From positions 62,001 to 126,000 of the IMG/VR virus record IMGVR_UViG_3300023313_000001: a DNA stretch of 64,000 nt; one strand, 5' to 3'. Positions 58,844 through 64,000 of this stretch are shown here, piece after piece. Position numbers and translations under genes: made by a program. The stretch's first letter is position 1; the number at the start of each line of letters is the position of its first letter. A model generated the notes under the pieces. That model ran no database searches and was not told the origin of the DNA. It saw nothing but the letters and a program-made list of their open reading frames with translations.

Positions 58844-59824
58844 CTATACCTCTACGATGATCATCGATCTTATGTCGACCAATATCGTTGTTGGTGATAC
58901 CACAGTGGCTACTTGCTGCAATGCCCCTACTTGTGGAATTGCAGTAGTTATCTGACCAGTAGCATCACAGTATAGTGGAGTATTTGCAGGGACTTGCCAA
59001 TCCCATGCAGGATTTCGGACAAACCCACTGGTTACAAACGTTCCAACTTCAGATATGTATAAATCCTCACGGATGATCCCAGCTATGTCGTGCACCAAAT
59101 CTGTATTGGACGCATACCCTATGGCGTTGTAACCTTTGTATGATATACATTGGAATGCCGCAATATTATCCAGGGCAATTGCTGTCTCTACTTCCGCTTC
59201 AAGTTTGAGTGATGCTGCGTGGGATGCATGAGACGAGAAGTTGGACTCAGTAGTAATGAATTTACCTGCTCGTTTGTGCTTAACTTGACGAACTGGTTCC
59301 CCATCATCGTCAAATAATACAAATCCCGCGTGTACTGTGTCGATTAATCCTACCTGAGTGCCTAATGGATATGGCTGTATCACTCCACCAGATTGGTACT
59401 TCGCTGCAAACACTCGAATCTTTTCAACATATACACCGTTTGTGTATAGTTTCATCGTGGCAGTTGCATTATCAAACCAATGCAATCCGTTAACGGGGGA
59501 CTGTGGTAGTGCAGGTGAATGTACTGGTTCAATTGTAGTGTGCCCAAACGTCCGTACGCCTGTTAGAGGGTCTAAATCCCAGTACAGCCAGTAGTCTGTT
59601 CCAGATACGAACGGTCCACTCCAAGCTGCAGCTACAGAGAGTCTTTCTTCAAATAGGTAATCTGTTGTGAGGCCGTGAGAAAACGTGATTATGGTGGGGT
59701 CAGGTGAGACTAGTAAATCAATAGAACTTCCACCATTTGAAGGCTGAAGAAACGTAGGATTTGGATTCGGCACAGCATTGTCTGTTTGATATCTAACAAT
59801 TCCTTGTCGAAATGGGATTCTCAT
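58844..59824 (-). CDS. virion structural protein
   Basis: AATAAATA late-like motif at 59855-59862; C-terminal G.V....W.W...PLY.DATG.IT decoration-like domain. Confidence 0.6.
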   Translation of the reverse strand: MRIPFRQGIVRYQTDNAVPNPNPTFLQPSNGGSSIDLLVSPDPTIITFSHGLTTDYLFEERLSVAAAWSGPFVSGTDYWLYWDLDPLTGVRTFGHTTIEPVHSPALPQSPVNGLHWFDNATATMKLYTNGVYVEKIRVFAAKYQSGGVIQPYPLGTQVGLIDTVHAGFVLFDDDGEPVRQVKHKRAGKFITTESNFSSHASHAASLKLEAEVETAIALDNIAAFQCISYKGYNAIGYASNTDLVHDIAGIIREDLYISEVGTFVTSGFVRNPAWDWQVPANTPLYCDATGQITTAIPQVGALQQVATVVSPTTILVDIRSMIIVEV

Positions 59825-59900
59825 CTAAATCTGCCTTATATGTTATGTTTATTCTATTTATTAAGAGAGCCATGCATCCATTGAATGACTCTCAATTGAT

Positions 59901-61247
59901 TTAGACTAATCTTGCCTGTCCAACCTGTCCTGAGTTGAAAGATATTACAACTTGATTTAGTGATGTATGTACAATCGATGTCGGAATTAATTCAAAGCCT
60001 CCAGAGAATACCCGTACAATAGGGTAATATCCAAGGTTGTGGTCTACTACCCACATATTGCTCGCTGTTGTTTGAGTAAATAACGATCCCACGCTAGATG
60101 GGTTGGGAATTGGTATGTCTTCAGCTGAAAATACTACAATACCAGTCGGTTGCTGTGGTTCTGGCGGGACAGTGTACATAGCATCCCAATGTACACTATC
60201 ATAAGTTTGACCATCCCACCCCATCCCACTCAACGGGGCACATTGTGGTCCAGATGACCCATTAATTATATACTGTCCATCGTCCCATCCAGCTGGGATG
60301 TCAAAAAATGCTGGGTTATGCTCTTCCCCAGGTGGCACTACGTAGGTGGCGTCTACTGTAGCATCCCATCCAACATTTGGATCGTCATAGCCATACCCAT
60401 CTTGTATCGTGAAGCACTCTGCAATAAATGATTTAGCATTTATATCCGCAGGAGGCTGTTCCACAGCAGTTATTGGGTTTCCGTCCCATTCATACGCATC
60501 AAACATTCCCAGCACGATTACACCATCAGGAATGGATGGATCCAGTGTGTTCTCAAGTAGTGTAATAGTAGTTTCATTAACAATAGGATCATACGTTGCA
60601 CTAAGTACAGTATACACTCCATCATTGAGTGAAGATGAAGAAATGAATACTTGGTTTCCTGTGATAGGGGATCCTGAGACTCCAGATATTTGGGTGGTTC
60701 CACCGTTTTGAGATATGGTGTTAAATATGGACGACACATCATTGTCTATTTTAAAATAATTGGTGCCATATTCGACCGGATTCATTCCATTCAGAGGTGC
60801 ATCCCACGGACGTTGAACTTGAGTGTAATCATCATCTACATTCCCAGTGACAATTTGTCCCTGAATTTGTATGGTTTCTGATATTGTGGTGAACACATAG
60901 TCATAGAATCCTGTAGGAATTTCGTATACTTGACCATTAAATACTATACTACTATGAGTGGTATTGCGAGGAATACAAAACCCATCATTATCTGCTAATA
61001 TGATATCAAACGGAAGTTGATCGTATGGTTTGGTATCCCACCCATCATCATCCCCAGATGCTACAGCTATACTGATTAAGTCGTCACATACAGGGAGTCC
61101 TAGGTCAATGTTAAATACGCACTTCTCAGATATATCAACAGTGATATCATCCGTGGTTACATATTCTACTTCCACTCCGAATATTTTGGTGTGGTATGGC
61201 TTAATGTCATTAACGTACCCAATTAGATTGTCAATTAAGTCTGCCAC
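59901..61247 (-). CDS. virion structural protein (baseplate-like) with acidic GWD repeats and terminal WxVxHNL module
   Basis: IKPYHTKI, repeated GWD motifs, WVVDHNLG. Confidence 0.6.
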   Translation of the reverse strand: MADLIDNLIGYVNDIKPYHTKIFGVEVEYVTTDDITVDISEKCVFNIDLGLPVCDDLISIAVASGDDDGWDTKPYDQLPFDIILADNDGFCIPRNTTHSSIVFNGQVYEIPTGFYDYVFTTISETIQIQGQIVTGNVDDDYTQVQRPWDAPLNGMNPVEYGTNYFKIDNDVSSIFNTISQNGGTTQISGVSGSPITGNQVFISSSSLNDGVYTVLSATYDPIVNETTITLLENTLDPSIPDGVIVLGMFDAYEWDGNPITAVEQPPADINAKSFIAECFTIQDGYGYDDPNVGWDATVDATYVVPPGEEHNPAFFDIPAGWDDGQYIINGSSGPQCAPLSGMGWDGQTYDSVHWDAMYTVPPEPQQPTGIVVFSAEDIPIPNPSSVGSLFTQTTASNMWVVDHNLGYYPIVRVFSGGFELIPTSIVHTSLNQVVISFNSGQVGQARLV

Positions 61248-64000
61248 TATGCTAAAACTCCCGTTGTATCTAGTAACCTAACACCATCTAATTGGATCCA
61301 TGATGTTTTAAATATATCAGTATATTTGCTATTAGTTGCAAGACCGTCGTGCAATGCTGCAAACCAAATGCGATTAATGTGCTCCGGTAAAAACGTTGTG
61401 TATATAAGGTTCATACTCGTTTCTATATTTATAGGGGTGTCAAATAAATTATCTCGTAAGAATTGTTCACGATCTACTGGAAACAAATCAAACGACGGAT
61501 CAGCTATGGATGCCAGTATGATGGCAATTCCACTGGTTTGATCGACGAATGATTGACCATCTCTCAACCCAAATCTATGGGTTGTTTGGTGTATATCGTC
61601 AAACAACACTCGATCTAATGTCGGAACTGGTGATTGCACTCCATTCACTAACTTGCGTCCAGCTACTGCCTCAGTCAATTTATCCCATAATACCTTGTCA
61701 ATATTAAACTTTTGGCGTTCACGAATTAATCCCCAATCTACATGAGTAGTTTTTAATCCGATGGGGGAGTCCTCTATATCATCTCGTAGAGTATAATCTT
61801 TAGTGTACCGCAACTTAAACCTATCATCAGCTTGTATAGTATGTACAATTCCTCGAAATATGGATTGGTCATATCTGTTAGGTAAAACTCCATTGCTGGG
61901 TAATAAATTTTGGAATATTACAAAGGGAACTGGAATGTTGGCTAGCTGGTTTTCTGCACTTCGTAATAATGTGGAATGGTGACTAGTTGCTGTGTTGCTT
62001 GCCCAAAAGAAATAGGTAATGTCAGTATCAATACCATTTGTAGATATACGATTCTGTTGAGCATATCTGTAATCATATTTATATTGCACGTTTATAGTGA
62101 GATCATCTTTGACTAACGGATCAAAAGCTAACTCATCTGTGGTAGGGATGTGTGACGGCAATATAATTGTTATAGTGTCAGCTTCCACAAAATCTATTGG
62201 AATTATTATAGATCCAACGTTGACCACAGTGTAACTATGGAATAAGCCATTTCGGTAGATAGTGACAGTTTGACCATTTGAAATAGTTGGGGGCATTGTA
62301 ATAGTCGTACCAGTAGATGTAGCAATATCTACTGTTAATATTACATCTTCAACTTCAGTCCATGGAGTATCAAACAATCCACTACCTCCTACACTCTGAT
62401 CGCGTAATCTGGTGTACAGAGTACGTTTTGGAATGCCAGATATAGTTTTTCCACCTTGTTGTTGAGCTATAGTGTAAGTTTCATATGCAGATGGATGTAC
62501 TGGTGATTCCACCCATTCGTACAAATTGATAGTACTCCAATCAGCTAACTTGCCCCAGGTGTTTATTCGGTGATCCACCTCTGGAATAATAGACTGGTCG
62601 TAATAGTGGGTGTACCCTAATTTAGATGTATCCCACCAAACTTTCCCAACGTATGGTTGAAGCCATGCAGCGTTTCTGTCTACTTTAAACATGGTGAGGT
62701 TATCCGTATAAAATGCTGGGTCATCCCCTTGATGAGTTACTATGGACTCAGCCGTGTGGTAATGATGACCTCGTGCAGGATCCCATACTGGAATATTTTT
62801 CACATTGGTGTCAGATTTATAATCTATTAACTTGACTGGATTCAGCTTTGTTTTCGCTGGATTTAAACAATATGCAGTGTACGCTATCGACCCAGATATA
62901 GGATTATCACTGAAGTGTATTATAGTTGAATTAACTCGTCTGTAATGAATTCCTTCTCGTAGAGTAGCGTTGCGAATACTAACATTAACAATATCCCCTA
63001 CCTGGGTATTGTTTAGAGTTATAGATAATCCGTCTAGTGACTCTTCGAAGTCGGTAGACGGTGTTCCGTTTACGTTAACTAACACACTATTTGCCCGTGT
63101 GATGATTGGTAGATTAAAGAATACAGTAAATGAACTAGATCCATTTGAAATATACTGAAGGGTATGGTTAGGTTGACTTGCAACAATGGTTGTAGCATCA
63201 CAAATCGTTGGAAGCTTTATATATCCTCCTCCAACTTCAACGTCAGTGAAGCTTATTGTGTCTGTTACTTCTGCATCAAAGAACAAGTTTGGTTCGTTAG
63301 TAAATATTTCACTAAGTTGGCCTGGTTGATTATACCATCTAGTATCGTCGGTCAGTTCAATCCGAATAAAGTTTGGTGGTGTTGGATCATCTGTTCCAAA
63401 ATGTAACATTAACTTGTCAGTCTGGGTGTCTGTGGATTGGAGCTTGATTTCTGGATACACTTGCGGTCTCGAATCACCATACTCAGCTAATTTGTATGCC
63501 CAAAATTCATCTACATTTGCATCAATGAATTGTCTAGAATTTATGAAAGCTTTTACCGCATTGGTAGATCCTTTTTGCTGGATTGCTCCTCTATAGAACA
63601 ATAGCTGGGATTTAGACGTGATTCCCATATTATCAAGGTAGTCCTTATGCTCAAATCCGATCAGTTTGCGTGCAGCAGATATCGCAGCAGAATCTTCATT
63701 TGCTACGTTAGTGTCAAAAAACATTTGAAGCTCATTCACTGCAGCCTCCATATTCTGATACATGTTATCACCTAACAAATAGTGGCCTCCTATGTTTGGT
63801 CGAAATGTTTGAGCAGACTGGCGTCTGAAATTGACACTAAGTCTATTAATGGATGATCCTAAAAATTCGTCAAATAATAGATTCCCTTCCACCGTGCGGG
63901 TGGATAACAGTATCGCATGCTCATACCCGTCTACGAATACATGCATGCCACCAATGTGGAGATTGTCTCTAGTAGATGTGGAAACAATAACATCGTTTGG
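61247..64000 (-). CDS. large baseplate/structural protein, 5' end truncated by the window edge
   Basis: Frame stays open from 63946 to 64000; QQKGSTNA, EFWAYK, WDPARG, YEWVES motifs resemble large jumbo-phage baseplate proteins. Confidence 0.65.
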   Translation of the reverse strand, partial: PNDVIVSTSTRDNLHIGGMHVFVDGYEHAILLSTRTVEGNLLFDEFLGSSINRLSVNFRRQSAQTFRPNIGGHYLLGDNMYQNMEAAVNELQMFFDTNVANEDSAAISAARKLIGFEHKDYLDNMGITSKSQLLFYRGAIQQKGSTNAVKAFINSRQFIDANVDEFWAYKLAEYGDSRPQVYPEIKLQSTDTQTDKLMLHFGTDDPTPPNFIRIELTDDTRWYNQPGQLSEIFTNEPNLFFDAEVTDTISFTDVEVGGGYIKLPTICDATTIVASQPNHTLQYISNGSSSFTVFFNLPIITRANSVLVNVNGTPSTDFEESLDGLSITLNNTQVGDIVNVSIRNATLREGIHYRRVNSTIIHFSDNPISGSIAYTAYCLNPAKTKLNPVKLIDYKSDTNVKNIPVWDPARGHHYHTAESIVTHQGDDPAFYTDNLTMFKVDRNAAWLQPYVGKVWWDTSKLGYTHYYDQSIIPEVDHRINTWGKLADWSTINLYEWVESPVHPSAYETYTIAQQQGGKTISGIPKRTLYTRLRDQSVGGSGLFDTPWTEVEDVILTVDIATSTGTTITMPPTISNGQTVTIYRNGLFHSYTVVNVGSIIIPIDFVEADTITIILPSHIPTTDELAFDPLVKDDLTINVQYKYDYRYAQQNRISTNGIDTDITYFFWASNTATSHHSTLLRSAENQLANIPVPFVIFQNLLPSNGVLPNRYDQSIFRGIVHTIQADDRFKLRYTKDYTLRDDIEDSPIGLKTTHVDWGLIRERQKFNIDKVLWDKLTEAVAGRKLVNGVQSPVPTLDRVLFDDIHQTTHRFGLRDGQSFVDQTSGIAIILASIADPSFDLFPVDREQFLRDNLFDTPINIETSMNLIYTTFLPEHINRIWFAALHDGLATNSKYTDIFKTSWIQLDGVRLLDTTGVLA

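Noticed and set aside
59855-59897. Third copy of the hairpin/late-promoter element
   Set aside because: Only a 5-bp stem (GAGAG/CTCTC) and a poor loop match (TGCATCCAT); too weak to count

Overview
This 64 kb window is part of a large T4-superfamily (jumbo-type) bacteriophage genome: gene-dense, AT-rich, standard genetic code, no tRNA, rRNA or CRISPR array seen. It carries replication and nucleotide-metabolism genes: DHFR, primase, two-subunit type II topoisomerase, class Ia ribonucleotide reductase, dCMP deaminase, gp41-like helicase, family B DNA polymerase, a probable sliding clamp and RNase H. It also carries possible counter-defence genes (Acb1-like 2H phosphodiesterase, RNA ligase, CYTH enzyme), several proteases, putative head-internal proteins and many modular fibre/baseplate genes, many preceded by a T4-like late promoter (TATAAATA). 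Seven free-standing homing-endonuclease-like ORFs of two families invade the replication genes. The DNA polymerase is split by one of them and also contains a mini-intein. The most system-like novelty is a cassette of three length-matched collagen (Gly-X-Y) genes (about 82-83 triplets each) with a translationally coupled 2OG-Fe(II) hydroxylase in the middle, suggesting an enzymatically modified, possibly heterotrimeric phage collagen fibre. All family assignments come from motif recognition by eye; no database search was run.
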